Source: an uncultured Candidatus Saccharibacteria bacterium | GTDB lineage: Bacteria > Patescibacteriota > Doudnabacteria > UBA920 | DNA: 64,000 nucleotides | Assembly: GCA_964505635.1 (NCBI GenBank) | Contig: CAZDIP010000003.1 | Location: 15,313 to 79,312, forward strand | Direction: 5' to 3' | Shown: positions 1 through 8,897 of the stretch, in pieces | Numbering within the stretch: position 1 is the first letter of the stretch | Layout of the letters: every line of letters begins with the position of its first letter | Notes under the pieces: model-generated | What the model saw: only the letters and a program-made list of their open reading frames with translations | What the model was told of the DNA's origin: nothing | Database searches by the model: none | Position numbers and translations under genes: made by a program

Positions 1-582
1 GGTGAAGCAGGATCAAGCGGCACTCCGGAAGAAAGAAAACAAGAGGCCATAGAAGCTGCCAAAATTTCCGGCGTAGCCGATGTTGAATTTTTAAATATGG
101 GCGGCGACTGCCACATAGAAAACACGGCCGAAAACAGAATTCAAATTGCCAAAATAATTCGCGAATTTAAACCTGACGCTGTACTAGCCCCTGAACTTGA
201 AATAAACCAACACCCGGACCACTATATTGTCGCGCAAATCGCCCATGCGGCGTGCCGCTTGGCTCGCTATGGTGGTTTAGCAGAATTAAAAGCTTTAGAT
301 GTTCATAAAGTTGGAGCTTTGTATTTTTACCCTTCACGCGCCGAATGGGGAGAAAAGCCGGACATAATAATAGACGTAAGCGAAAATTACGAAACATGGA
401 TAAAAGCTATGCAGGCTCACAAAAGCCAAATGAAAACCAAATCTTACGTAAATTTGGTTACCACCAAAGCCGCGGCCTGGGGCGCTAGCATAGGCGTAGA
501 ACACGCTATAGGTCTTTGGACAAACGATCCAATTCGAATAGATAATATTTCTGATCTGAATTTATCTTCCCGCAATTACTAA
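1..582 (+). CDS. bshB: PIG-L/LmbE-family N-acetylglucosaminyl deacetylase (BshB-like), 5' partial; the frame is open from base 1
   Basis: The frame is open from base 1 (GEAGSSGTPEERKQEAIEAAK...). It carries the HPDH motif and a SSGTPEERKQEA segment that resemble Bacillus BshB1. It lies directly upstream of a BshA-like gene. Confidence 0.5.
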   Translation, partial: GEAGSSGTPEERKQEAIEAAKISGVADVEFLNMGGDCHIENTAENRIQIAKIIREFKPDAVLAPELEINQHPDHYIVAQIAHAACRLARYGGLAELKALDVHKVGALYFYPSRAEWGEKPDIIIDVSENYETWIKAMQAHKSQMKTKSYVNLVTTKAAAWGASIGVEHAIGLWTNDPIRIDNISDLNLSSRNY

Positions 583-685
583 TAAAATTCGAAATACAAA
601 ATCCTAAATACGAAAAAATTCAAACTTTAAATATTTAAATTTATTAATTTTTCGAATTTCGATATTCGGATTTAGAATCTATTTT

Positions 686-1837
686 ATGAAAAACCTTAAA
701 GTCGGCATTGTCTGTTACCCCTCTGTTGGCGGGAGCGGAATAGTTGCTACTAACTTAGGATTAGAACTTTCTAAACTTGGCCACGAGGTTCATTTTATTT
801 CTTATGAGCCGCCTTTTAGGCTATCTCAAAAACATTCGCGCATTTATTTCCACAAAGTCCATATTAACGAATACAGCCTGTTTAAGTACCCAGACTACAC
901 TCTGCCTTTAGCCGTGGAAATTGGCAATGTCCATGAACAATACGAGCTCGATGTTGTGCACGTCCACTACGCTGTTCCGCACGCCACGGCTGCGCTTTTA
1001 GCCAAAGATATGATACAGCAGTGCAGTCACTGCAAACCCCCCAAAATTATTACCACGCTCCACGGAACGGACATAACCCTTTTAGCACAGGATAAAAGCC
1101 TTGACGAAGTTATTAAATTCTCCATAGAAAAATCAGGCGGGGTAACGGCTGTTTCAAAAAGCTTAAAGTTAGATACTCAAAAAATTTTAAAAACCAAAAA
1201 ACCAATAGAAGTTATTTATAACTTCTATTCCCCGCCGCCACCCACTAAATCCAGAGAAAGCATCCGCCGGAGTTTAAAAATAAAAAGTAGTGATATTTTG
1301 GGTATACATCTTTCCAACCTGCGTCCGGTAAAAAGAATACCGGACTTACTTCATATAGCGGCAAACCTAAAAAAATACCCGGGCTTTAAATTGTTAATTC
1401 TTGCCGGTGTTGACTTTTCTCCTTATAAAGCCTTGGTAAAAAAACTTGGCATTTCAAACAAAATAATTGTTAAGGAAAAAATTAAAGACATAGAAAACTA
1501 TATTAACGCTTCGGACATTGGACTCTTTACGTCCGAAACCGAAAGTTTTGGCATGGGCGCGTTGGAATGTATGGCCTACGGCCTGCCGGTTTTAGCTACA
1601 AATAGCGGGGGCACGCCGGAAGTTATAGAACACAAAAAAACCGGCCTGCTAAGCAAAGTAGGTGATATTAAAAACTTTACCAATAATCTTAAACTGTTAA
1701 TTAGCAACCAAAGCCTAAGAAACCAAATGGGCGAAGCAGCCCAAGAGACGGCAAGTAAAAAATTCTGCAGCTCTATGATTATCCCAAAGTATGTGGGGTA
1801 CTACAAAAAAATCCTCTCGCAAAAAAGCAGCCCTTAA
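686..1837 (+). CDS. bshA: GT4 glycosyltransferase, N-acetyl-alpha-D-glucosaminyl L-malate synthase (BshA-like)
   Basis: N-terminal MKNLKVGIVCYPSVGGSG, ITTLHGTDIT, a VTAVS motif and the C-terminal E-x7-E GT4 motif (ESFGMGALECMAYGLPV). Colinearity with B. subtilis BshA is strong. Confidence 0.7.
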   Translation: MKNLKVGIVCYPSVGGSGIVATNLGLELSKLGHEVHFISYEPPFRLSQKHSRIYFHKVHINEYSLFKYPDYTLPLAVEIGNVHEQYELDVVHVHYAVPHATAALLAKDMIQQCSHCKPPKIITTLHGTDITLLAQDKSLDEVIKFSIEKSGGVTAVSKSLKLDTQKILKTKKPIEVIYNFYSPPPPTKSRESIRRSLKIKSSDILGIHLSNLRPVKRIPDLLHIAANLKKYPGFKLLILAGVDFSPYKALVKKLGISNKIIVKEKIKDIENYINASDIGLFTSETESFGMGALECMAYGLPVLATNSGGTPEVIEHKKTGLLSKVGDIKNFTNNLKLLISNQSLRNQMGEAAQETASKKFCSSMIIPKYVGYYKKILSQKSSP

Positions 1838-2517
1838 CGGCTGCTTTTAAATTCCACCAACTTCCCCGCTTTTATTTCTATTTTATCTGCCTTGCGTAAG
1901 TTTCTAATTTGGGCTGACGATAATATTTGGTAATGTTTTATTTCATCTAATTTCTCCGGTATCTCAAAAAGGTTCTTCTCAGATGTTCTCCAAAATCTAA
2001 AATTAAAAAATCGTAGATCAAAAATTTTTGAATATTCCCTTAAAGTTTTTTTGCCGTTGTCATCAAAATACTCGTGAAAGTACGACAATGCAAGTTCTCG
2101 CAATGTACGGTATATAGGCTCGCGGTATCTTAACACTGCGTGGTTGGTTTTGCTAATTGCGCCATAGCAGCCAAACTGCTTAAACACAGCCACTACATGG
2201 TCAAAGTCGTGGCTTACTGACCTTAAATCCATAACCAATGGCTTTGCGCCGTGAAATTCCAAAACCGCGGCCGCAAACATCGCGCCTTCCATACAATGCG
2301 CGGTTTTATGTTTTAAAACCACACGGGGCGAACAAACAGTTTCGCCTTTTTTTTCAAAATTGATAGTTAGAGAATTTAAAAAATCCTGTATTTTTTTCGG
2401 CGAATTCAGTTTTTTAAATATCTTTATTTCGCTTCTATTATATTGGAAACTTTTCACTTTCTTTTTGTGTGTTGTGGCAATCTTGTCATTCTTGTTCAAT
2501 CTTGTCACTCTTGTCAA
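1834..2517 (-). CDS. hypothetical protein, possibly a transglutaminase-like Cys-His-Asp peptidase fold. The start is uncertain; the listed start is TTG.
   Basis: HCMEGAMFAAAVLEFHG resembles a transglutaminase core Cys followed by His/Asp (DHVVAV). The N-terminus overlaps the gnd 3' end and is encoded by short tandem DNA repeats. Confidence 0.3.
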   Translation of the reverse strand: MTRVTRLNKNDKIATTHKKKVKSFQYNRSEIKIFKKLNSPKKIQDFLNSLTINFEKKGETVCSPRVVLKHKTAHCMEGAMFAAAVLEFHGAKPLVMDLRSVSHDFDHVVAVFKQFGCYGAISKTNHAVLRYREPIYRTLRELALSYFHEYFDDNGKKTLREYSKIFDLRFFNFRFWRTSEKNLFEIPEKLDEIKHYQILSSAQIRNLRKADKIEIKAGKLVEFKSSR

Positions 2518-3442
2518 TCACCCCGTGTCCCCCAAACTGTTTTCTTAAAAGTGCCACAATTTTGTTGGAAAACTTATTTTGATTCTCAGGCAACTTTGAT
2601 TCTTTCCGCACGTTCACAGAATCCTCAATCACCCTTACGTCCACCCCTAATTCTTTGGCAGTTTCCACAGTCCATTCACCTTCCCCAAGCATATTAATTT
2701 CTCCCTTAGTTTTTTCTAAATCTTCCTGCTCAAAAATATTTCTAACCAAGTCAATAAGCCAGCTGCGAATCACCGTGCCTTGTTGATAAATTTTTGTAAC
2801 CTGCAAAAGATCGACTTTTAAATCAGAGGCTTTCAAAACGCCATAGCCCTCGCCTATGGCTTCCATCATCCCATATTCAATCCCATTATGCACCATTTTT
2901 ACAAAATGTCCCGCCCCATTTTTGCCTACCAGGCCATAATTTTGTCCATTTGATAACGCTTTTAAAATTGATTCGATTTTGTTATAGCTTTCTTTTTCCC
3001 CGCCGACCATTAAAGCAAAACCATTTTCCAGTCCCCACACGCCGCCGCTTACTCCAACGTCAAAAAAATCAATGCCCATTTCCTTTAGTTTTTTCGCACG
3101 CTGAATGCTTTTTTTATAATGGCTATTGCCACCGTCTATAACTATGTCGCCTTTTTTCAAATGCCCTCCCAACAAATCCTTATAAAACAAAAAATCCTCT
3201 ACCGTCTCCTGCGGCAACATCAGCCAAAAAATTCTTGGGCTTTCATCCATAGAACTAATCATATCGTCCATACTGGCAAATGCCCGACAGCCCTGCACAT
3301 TGGTTTTAGTACTAATATAGTTGTTAAATTCTTGTCTCGGCTCCTCGCTGCGATTCCAGGCCAGTACCGAAAAACCGCTATTATGAAGCCTTTTGGCAAT
3401 TTGCATACCCATTTTTCCTAAACCAAATACTGCTACTTGCAT
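2486..3442 (-). CDS. gnd: 6-phosphogluconate dehydrogenase (decarboxylating), short GndA/YqeC-like form
   Basis: N-terminal Rossmann motif MQVAVFGLGKMGMQIAKRL, a length of about 318 aa, and 6PGDH-like central motifs. Confidence 0.7.
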   Translation of the reverse strand: MQVAVFGLGKMGMQIAKRLHNSGFSVLAWNRSEEPRQEFNNYISTKTNVQGCRAFASMDDMISSMDESPRIFWLMLPQETVEDFLFYKDLLGGHLKKGDIVIDGGNSHYKKSIQRAKKLKEMGIDFFDVGVSGGVWGLENGFALMVGGEKESYNKIESILKALSNGQNYGLVGKNGAGHFVKMVHNGIEYGMMEAIGEGYGVLKASDLKVDLLQVTKIYQQGTVIRSWLIDLVRNIFEQEDLEKTKGEINMLGEGEWTVETAKELGVDVRVIEDSVNVRKESKLPENQNKFSNKIVALLRKQFGGHGVIDKSDKIEQE

Positions 3443-3488
3443 TATATTTTTGTTAATCTTAATAAAATTATTATATCACGACAATGGG

Positions 3489-3887
3489 TTAAAATATGAA
3501 GTTTATTGCGGCCAATAAACTAAATTCCAAAGCCGACAATACGCACCAGGTACAAAAGGCTTTAAGCACAAAGGCCTGAATATATAAAAAATACATGGAA
3601 AAAGCCCATCCAAAACCAACTAACCATAAAACCGGCCACATAGGAGAAATACCCTGGGCAACTAGGATTAACAAAATAAACAATGCCAAATACATAATAA
3701 ACCCTAAAAACCCATTTGGTATTCCAAAAGTTTTGCTATAACTGCTAAATTGAACCTTTTCACACCACTCTGGTGGAAAAAATAAACAATAAACTTTTGT
3801 CTTTGTAATAGAATGATAGGATAAATACAAAGTATTTAAAATCCCAATCCCTGCTAAAACCAAACTAAATTTAATTTGCCAAAGCAT
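3489..3887 (-). CDS. vitamin K epoxide reductase (VKOR) family membrane protein
   Basis: Multi-TM protein with a CTWC (CxxC) motif in the last helix and conserved loop cysteines. Confidence 0.6.
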   Translation of the reverse strand: MLWQIKFSLVLAGIGILNTLYLSYHSITKTKVYCLFFPPEWCEKVQFSSYSKTFGIPNGFLGFIMYLALFILLILVAQGISPMWPVLWLVGFGWAFSMYFLYIQAFVLKAFCTWCVLSALEFSLLAAINFIF

Positions 3888-3898
3888 ATAATTTTGAC

Positions 3899-4435
3899 TT
3901 AATTATTAATTAAACTTATATAATGTTTTTTAAATTTTTGCAGTTTAGGATTTATAACCACCTGACAGTACGGTTTGTCCTTATTTCTTTCAAAATAATT
4001 ATGGTGGTAGTCTTCGGCTTCGTAAAATTTATCTAAAGGTTTAACTTGGGTGACAATCGGGCTGTTATAAACCTTGTCTAATGTTAATAGCGCAATAAAT
4101 TTTTCCGCTTCTGCCTTTTGCTGTGGTGAAGTATAAAAAATTACGCTCCTATATTGCTCTCCTACGTCGTTCCCCTGCCTGTTTAAAGTAGTTGGGTCGT
4201 GGGTAGAAAAAAATACTTCAAGCAAAACTTTATATTCTATTTGCGCCGGGTCGTACTCAATTTTTATAACTTCCGCATGACCGGTCTTGCCGCCGCATAC
4301 TTCCTCATAAGTTGGGTTTGACTTAGTTCCACCAGCATAGCCCGGCTTAACGCTAATAACTCCCTTTAATTTTTGAAATATTGCCTCCGTGCACCAGAAG
4401 CATCCATTACCAAATATTGCTATCTGTGTACTCAT
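3899..4435 (-). CDS. msrA: peptide methionine sulfoxide reductase MsrA
   Basis: GCFWCTEAIF active-site motif and a length of about 178 aa. Confidence 0.85.
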   Translation of the reverse strand: MSTQIAIFGNGCFWCTEAIFQKLKGVISVKPGYAGGTKSNPTYEEVCGGKTGHAEVIKIEYDPAQIEYKVLLEVFFSTHDPTTLNRQGNDVGEQYRSVIFYTSPQQKAEAEKFIALLTLDKVYNSPIVTQVKPLDKFYEAEDYHHNYFERNKDKPYCQVVINPKLQKFKKHYISLINN

Positions 4436-4437
4436 AT

Positions 4438-4746
4438 TTATATTCTTTTAATACTCTTCTTTATTACACTCTGAAACAAAATTACGCAAGGCCTATTTTC
4501 CTTTTTATAAAAAGACTTTACGCCAAGCCATCTGTCACAACTGGGGCAGATTATCTTTCCGGCTATTTTCAGCTTACCAATATTTAATATTCTATCCAAA
4601 TAAATTCTTTTTAAAGACCCTGGACCGTCTTTTTGATAATCGCAAATATACTTCCCACACCCCTCGCAGCTTAAATTTAGCAACCTTGAATAGCCACCTC
4701 TGGCTTTTCTATATTTATCAGAAATCAATTTTAATGGCTTTTCCAT
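4438..4746 (-). CDS. small zinc-ribbon protein (hypothetical)
   Basis: CEGCG...CPSC cysteine pairs. It is separated from msrA by 2 bp. Confidence 0.3.
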   Translation of the reverse strand: MEKPLKLISDKYRKARGGYSRLLNLSCEGCGKYICDYQKDGPGSLKRIYLDRILNIGKLKIAGKIICPSCDRWLGVKSFYKKENRPCVILFQSVIKKSIKRI

Positions 4747-4747
4747 A

Positions 4748-5359
4748 TTATTTATTTAATTTCTTCATCGCCCTGTCGTGGATTTTATTAAACAACAGCA
4801 ACGCTAAAATTCCGCCTAGTAGAGCGTACCACATATCTGACTGCGTATCCCATATGTAACCTTGGGTGCCTAAAAAGTCTGTGGCGGCATCACCCATTAT
4901 TAACGCGCCTGCCCATTCAATAAGTTCATAAACCGCGCTAATTGCCAAGACTACGCAAATAATTACAAAATTAAGCCACTTACCTTGTTTTAAAGGCGAA
5001 GTCCTTATAAAAATTTCCCTGGCAACAAGCGCGGGGAAAAACCCTTGCGCCAAATGCCCAACTTTGTCGTAGTTATTGCGCGCGAAAAGGCCAATCTCCT
5101 TAAACCAGTTAAAAAACGGCACTTCCGCGTAAGTGTAATGCCCCCCAACCATTAAAATTATGGCGTGAAGGGCAATAAACCCGTACAAAAGCGTACTTAG
5201 CCTAAAGCGGTTATAAGTAAAATACAAAACAAAAAACCCAATTACAGCAGGCGCAACTTCCATAGACCAGGTTAAGTAGTCTTTTGGACCAATTGCCGAC
5301 CAAATAAAAACCAAAGTGGCTAACCCTAAAAATATTTTGTGTTTTGCGGTTTCTTTCAT
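4748..5359 (-). CDS. membrane protein, DUF2238/YjdF-like
   Basis: Six predicted TM segments. The overall pattern resembles the YjdF family. Confidence 0.35.
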   Translation of the reverse strand: MKETAKHKIFLGLATLVFIWSAIGPKDYLTWSMEVAPAVIGFFVLYFTYNRFRLSTLLYGFIALHAIILMVGGHYTYAEVPFFNWFKEIGLFARNNYDKVGHLAQGFFPALVAREIFIRTSPLKQGKWLNFVIICVVLAISAVYELIEWAGALIMGDAATDFLGTQGYIWDTQSDMWYALLGGILALLLFNKIHDRAMKKLNK

Positions 5360-5901
5360 TTTAAAATAATATTTCTTAATTGCTTTCTTAAAAATTTATA
5401 ATCAGGAATAGTACGTCCGACCAACTCCCAAAACCCCGCGCTATGGTTCATTTCTTTTAAATGGCACAACTCGTGGACAATTAGATAGTCTAATAATTCA
5501 GGAGATAAATGGACAATCTTATAATGAAAATTCAAATTTCCTTTCCTGCTGCAGCTGCCCCAGCGAGTTTTTTGATTCTTAATAGATATTCGATTAAAGC
5601 TAAATCCGTAAAACTGATTCCAATAGCTTACTTTTTCCTCTGCCAAAACGCGCGCTTGGAATTTTAGCTGGCGATATTCACTGGCAGATGCTTGCAAACG
5701 CGGACGGTCTTTATATTTAGAAATAAACTTTAATTTTTCTAAAATCCAGCTGCTTTTCTTATAAATAAAGTCCTCGAGTCTGTTCTGCGGCATGAACCAG
5801 GGCACTGTGACTACAACGCCCGCGTCGCACGAAACCGAAATGCGCATAAGCCTCGCTCGTTTACTGCGCCTTAATTTGTAAGTTATATTCTGATCTTTCA
5901 T
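5356..5901 (-). CDS. M48-family metallopeptidase, YgjP/DUF45 (SprT-like) type
   Basis: HELCHLKEMNHS zinc-binding HExxH motif near the C-terminus and a length of about 181 aa. Confidence 0.6.
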   Translation of the reverse strand: MKDQNITYKLRRSKRARLMRISVSCDAGVVVTVPWFMPQNRLEDFIYKKSSWILEKLKFISKYKDRPRLQASASEYRQLKFQARVLAEEKVSYWNQFYGFSFNRISIKNQKTRWGSCSRKGNLNFHYKIVHLSPELLDYLIVHELCHLKEMNHSAGFWELVGRTIPDYKFLRKQLRNIILK

Positions 5902-6446
5902 TTTCCTATTTGATAGTAAATACTACTGCCATTCACCCCTTCTTCCAAAGCTTTATAAACCCCTTGCCCTGCGGAAGGAGTTGCTACTGTTATATTTAAA
6001 TTTACCGGTTCGTCCTGATTTTCAAAATTCGCATAAACAGCGCAGTGCCCATCGGGCGTATAAATATAGCCATAATTTGTTTTACTTTGAGTGCCGGTTT
6101 TTGGATCTTTAGGCAGCATAGAACTAAATTGAGAAAGCTGCGGGTATTTTACAGTTAACTCCGGTACCAAATCTGCTAAATCGTAATCTCCGGCTCCGCC
6201 GTTTGGCGCGTAACAGCTGGACGAATACAAAAACCTGCCCATTTGCACCAGGTCGGTTTTTCTTTTTACGTCCCCGGCTTTTTTCCTGGTATTTGCCGTG
6301 GCAATAATTACAACAGATGATAGTAATCCTATAATCGCAATTACCGCCAAAAGTTCCACCAAACTAAACCCAGCTCCACTTTTCTGTAACGGGCGATAAC
6401 TAACAACATTATTTTGATTATTCAAATTTAATTTATTGTCTATCAT
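5898..6446 (-). CDS. type IV pilin / pseudopilin with prepilin N-terminal cleavage-methylation motif
   Basis: KSGAG|FSLVELLAVIAIIGLL matches the class III signal (G/F cleavage site, Glu at +5, hydrophobic helix). It is preceded by an unusually long leader. Confidence 0.7.
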   Translation of the reverse strand: MIDNKLNLNNQNNVVSYRPLQKSGAGFSLVELLAVIAIIGLLSSVVIIATANTRKKAGDVKRKTDLVQMGRFLYSSSCYAPNGGAGDYDLADLVPELTVKYPQLSQFSSMLPKDPKTGTQSKTNYGYIYTPDGHCAVYANFENQDEPVNLNITVATPSAGQGVYKALEEGVNGSSIYYQIGK

Positions 6447-6479
6447 AAAAAGTGAAAAGTGGAGCGGGGCAAGTCCTTT

Positions 6480-6812
6480 TTATTTTTTCCATCTATATTT
6501 TTCAATTTGAATTTTAAAATCTTTTTCAATTTTAATACCATCGCGAACTAACAAATCTCTCTGCTGCTCTTTTGTAGCTGTCCAATTACCGCGTATTGAA
6601 ATTTCACCTTTATTATTTATAACTCGCCACCAGGGTGTATTGAAATTTCTAATGTCCGACAACTTTAATATCTGTCCCACCTGCCTTGCCGCGCTTGGGT
6701 GCCCACAAGCCGCAGCCACCTGCCCATAGCTCACCACTTTACCTTTAGGAATTTTGTTTATAAACTCAATTACTTGCGATTTAAAATTCATAAAACTTAC
6801 ATCTCCTGCCAA
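6480..6812 (-). CDS. alkyltransferase-like protein (MGMT-family DNA-binding domain, Cys replaced by Trp)
   Basis: HTH of the MGMT C-terminal domain (YGQVAAACG). The PCHRV active site reads PWWRV, as in ATL proteins. Confidence 0.55.
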   Translation of the reverse strand: MAGDVSFMNFKSQVIEFINKIPKGKVVSYGQVAAACGHPSAARQVGQILKLSDIRNFNTPWWRVINNKGEISIRGNWTATKEQQRDLLVRDGIKIEKDFKIQIEKYRWKK

Positions 6813-8260
6813 AGCCTAGAATCTTTTGCCATAAAATCTTCGGCTTCTTTGGGACCAATGCTGCCTTTTTTATAAACAGTTAAAGGTAAATTTTTCCATG
6901 CCGCTGTAATTGAATCTATAAACCTCCAGGCTGCCTCAATCTCATCACTGCGAATAAATAATCTTTGATCCCCTTGAATGAAATCCAAAAGCAATCTTTC
7001 GTAGGCCGATGGTATTTCTCCTTTAAACTTTTGATGATATGAAAATTCCAAACGTGACTGATGCAGGGTAATTCCAAAACCCGGAATTTTGTTGTTAATC
7101 TGCAAATGTACGGATTCGTTAGGTTGAATCCTGAAAGTTAACACATTATGATCGCAGCCTTTAAACAGGCAACGTTTTAACTCCTTAAAGTGCACGGAAA
7201 TTTCCGTAAAGGTTTTTTTAACCGCCTTGCCCGTGCGTATGTATATAGGGACATCCTGTAAACGTTCAATGTCAACAAAAGTCTTTAAGGCGACAAAAGT
7301 TTCAGTTTGACTATCCGCCCCGACTTCCCGCTTATAATTCTGATATTGCCCCTTAACCACATACTCTTTTAGCTCTCGCGGTTTAGCTGGTCTTAAGGCA
7401 TTCAAAATTTTAGCTTTCTCGTCTCTTATATGCTGGGGCGTAAGCTCTTTGGGTTCATCCATTAAAACCAGAGCCAACATCTGCAAAGCATGATTTTGAA
7501 TTATATCTTTTAGGGCTCCTGTCTGATCATAATATTCCACCCGTCCCCTAATTCCATCTTGTTCCAACACCGAAATCTGCACATGGTCAATAAAATTTTT
7601 ATTCCACAGAGGTTCAAAAATAGAATTGGCAAAACGAGCCACAATTAAATTTTGCACGGTTTCCTTTCCTACATAGTGGTCAATACGGTAAATCTGCTCT
7701 TCTGTAAAATATTTTAACAAAAGCTTATTTAGAGCCGCTGCCGATTCTAAGTTAAAGCCAAAAGGCTTTTCCACTAAAACCCTGACTTTTCGCTGGTGCT
7801 TTGCACAAGATCTTAAAAGACCTCCGGTCTTAAGCATCTGCGCTATTTGAGAAAAAAGTTGTGGGCTGGTAGCAAAATAATACAACCTGTTATGACAACT
7901 ATGCTTGCCCTTATCTTCATCCGATAATAATTGCCCCAAATTTTTAAAGCTTTTTGAATCGTTTAAATCCGTCTGGAAATAAACCAAATGCCTTAAAAAA
8001 TGTTTTTTCGCATTTGGAGTGTTTAAAGTTTTTAATTTTGTTGATTTGTTTACAATAAAATCTAAAAAAGTTTTGTTGGTAAACGGCTTTCTTCCCACGC
8101 AAACTAACTTAAAATTATCCGGTAAAAGACCCTTTGAGTCCATGTGATGCAACGCTGGCAATAAATAATCGGCGGATAAAGATCCGGTCGCACCAAAAAT
8201 TGTCAATATTGTTGGTTCTAAAGGTTTAAGAAGTTTATGAAAATTTATTTGCCTTAACAT
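6797..8260 (-). CDS. zwf: glucose-6-phosphate 1-dehydrogenase
   Basis: N-terminal NADP motif IFGATGSLS, the RIDHYVGKE signature, and a length of 487 aa. Confidence 0.85.
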   Translation of the reverse strand: MLRQINFHKLLKPLEPTILTIFGATGSLSADYLLPALHHMDSKGLLPDNFKLVCVGRKPFTNKTFLDFIVNKSTKLKTLNTPNAKKHFLRHLVYFQTDLNDSKSFKNLGQLLSDEDKGKHSCHNRLYYFATSPQLFSQIAQMLKTGGLLRSCAKHQRKVRVLVEKPFGFNLESAAALNKLLLKYFTEEQIYRIDHYVGKETVQNLIVARFANSIFEPLWNKNFIDHVQISVLEQDGIRGRVEYYDQTGALKDIIQNHALQMLALVLMDEPKELTPQHIRDEKAKILNALRPAKPRELKEYVVKGQYQNYKREVGADSQTETFVALKTFVDIERLQDVPIYIRTGKAVKKTFTEISVHFKELKRCLFKGCDHNVLTFRIQPNESVHLQINNKIPGFGITLHQSRLEFSYHQKFKGEIPSAYERLLLDFIQGDQRLFIRSDEIEAAWRFIDSITAAWKNLPLTVYKKGSIGPKEAEDFMAKDSRLWQEM

Positions 8261-8300
8261 GATATAATAATAACATCAATAAACTTCAAAAACAAAAACT

Positions 8301-8846
8301 ATGGAAACAACCCATTTTTATATTGCCCTATTTGTCCATATTATCTCATTAATTATTGGTTTTGGGGCAGTAATAGTCATTGACAGTTTTGGCCTTTTAA
8401 TGCTCTTTAAAAAGGTCCCTCTAAGCATGCCAAAAAAAGTAGCTGATATTACCCAGCCGCTAATTTGGATCGGTTGGACCGGACTTGTTATTTCTGGCAT
8501 TAATTTAATTGTTTTAAAAGGTTATATTGATAACTTAACTACAGTTAAACTCTTTTTTGTCCTACTTTTGGGGCTAAACGGGGTATTCCTTCATTTCATA
8601 AAAAAGGCTTTAGATAAATACTCACAACTTAGTCAGATGCCGGATATTTGGAAATTTAGAATTGCAATGGCTTCTTTAATTTCACAAACCGGTTGGTGGG
8701 GAGCAATCCTAATTGGTTTTGTTCATAGGCATATTGAGCACTATATCCCCTGGCCGCAAAACCCTTTCTATTATATTTTAGGCATAAGCGTATTTTTCCT
8801 GGCAGGCATGGCTTTAGGCGAAATTGTTTTTAAAAAAAATAAATAG
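8301..8846 (+). CDS. integral membrane protein (hypothetical)
   Basis: Five to six hydrophobic segments. No recognisable catalytic motif. Confidence 0.4.
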   Translation: METTHFYIALFVHIISLIIGFGAVIVIDSFGLLMLFKKVPLSMPKKVADITQPLIWIGWTGLVISGINLIVLKGYIDNLTTVKLFFVLLLGLNGVFLHFIKKALDKYSQLSQMPDIWKFRIAMASLISQTGWWGAILIGFVHRHIEHYIPWPQNPFYYILGISVFFLAGMALGEIVFKKNK

Positions 8847-8855
8847 TCTGTAATT

Positions 8856-8890
8856 TAAAAATCCCCCCGCCTCGGGCGGGGGGATTTTTA
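8856..8890. terminator. bidirectional intrinsic terminator between convergent genes
   Basis: Stem CCCCCCGCC-TCG-GGCGGGGGG flanked by an A-run on the left and a T-run on the right. Confidence 0.65.
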
Positions 8891-8897
8891 AATAAAA

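Noticed and set aside
167-397. Small overlapping ORFs from the six-frame track (e.g. 167..397-, 2360..2548+, 2443..2697+, 2950..3141+, 3119..3421+, 4381..4587+, 8318..8500-, 9496..9693+, 9820..10038+, 10051..10266-, 11195..11404-, 14324..14803+, 17216..17500+, 20021..20257+, 24624..24998+, 26552..26938+, 28073..28426+, 30545..31448+, 34218..34751+, 36697..36903 both strands, 38586..39260+, 39794..40117-, 43356..43700+, 44923..45348+, 46132..46422-, 46807..47146+, 48163..48514+, 51779..52021-, 59487..59918+, 60017..60336+, 61287..61817+, 62169..63212+)
   Set aside because: All lie antisense or out of frame within longer ORFs that have clear family motifs. They have no SD and their products are low-complexity. 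They are treated as non-coding shadows.
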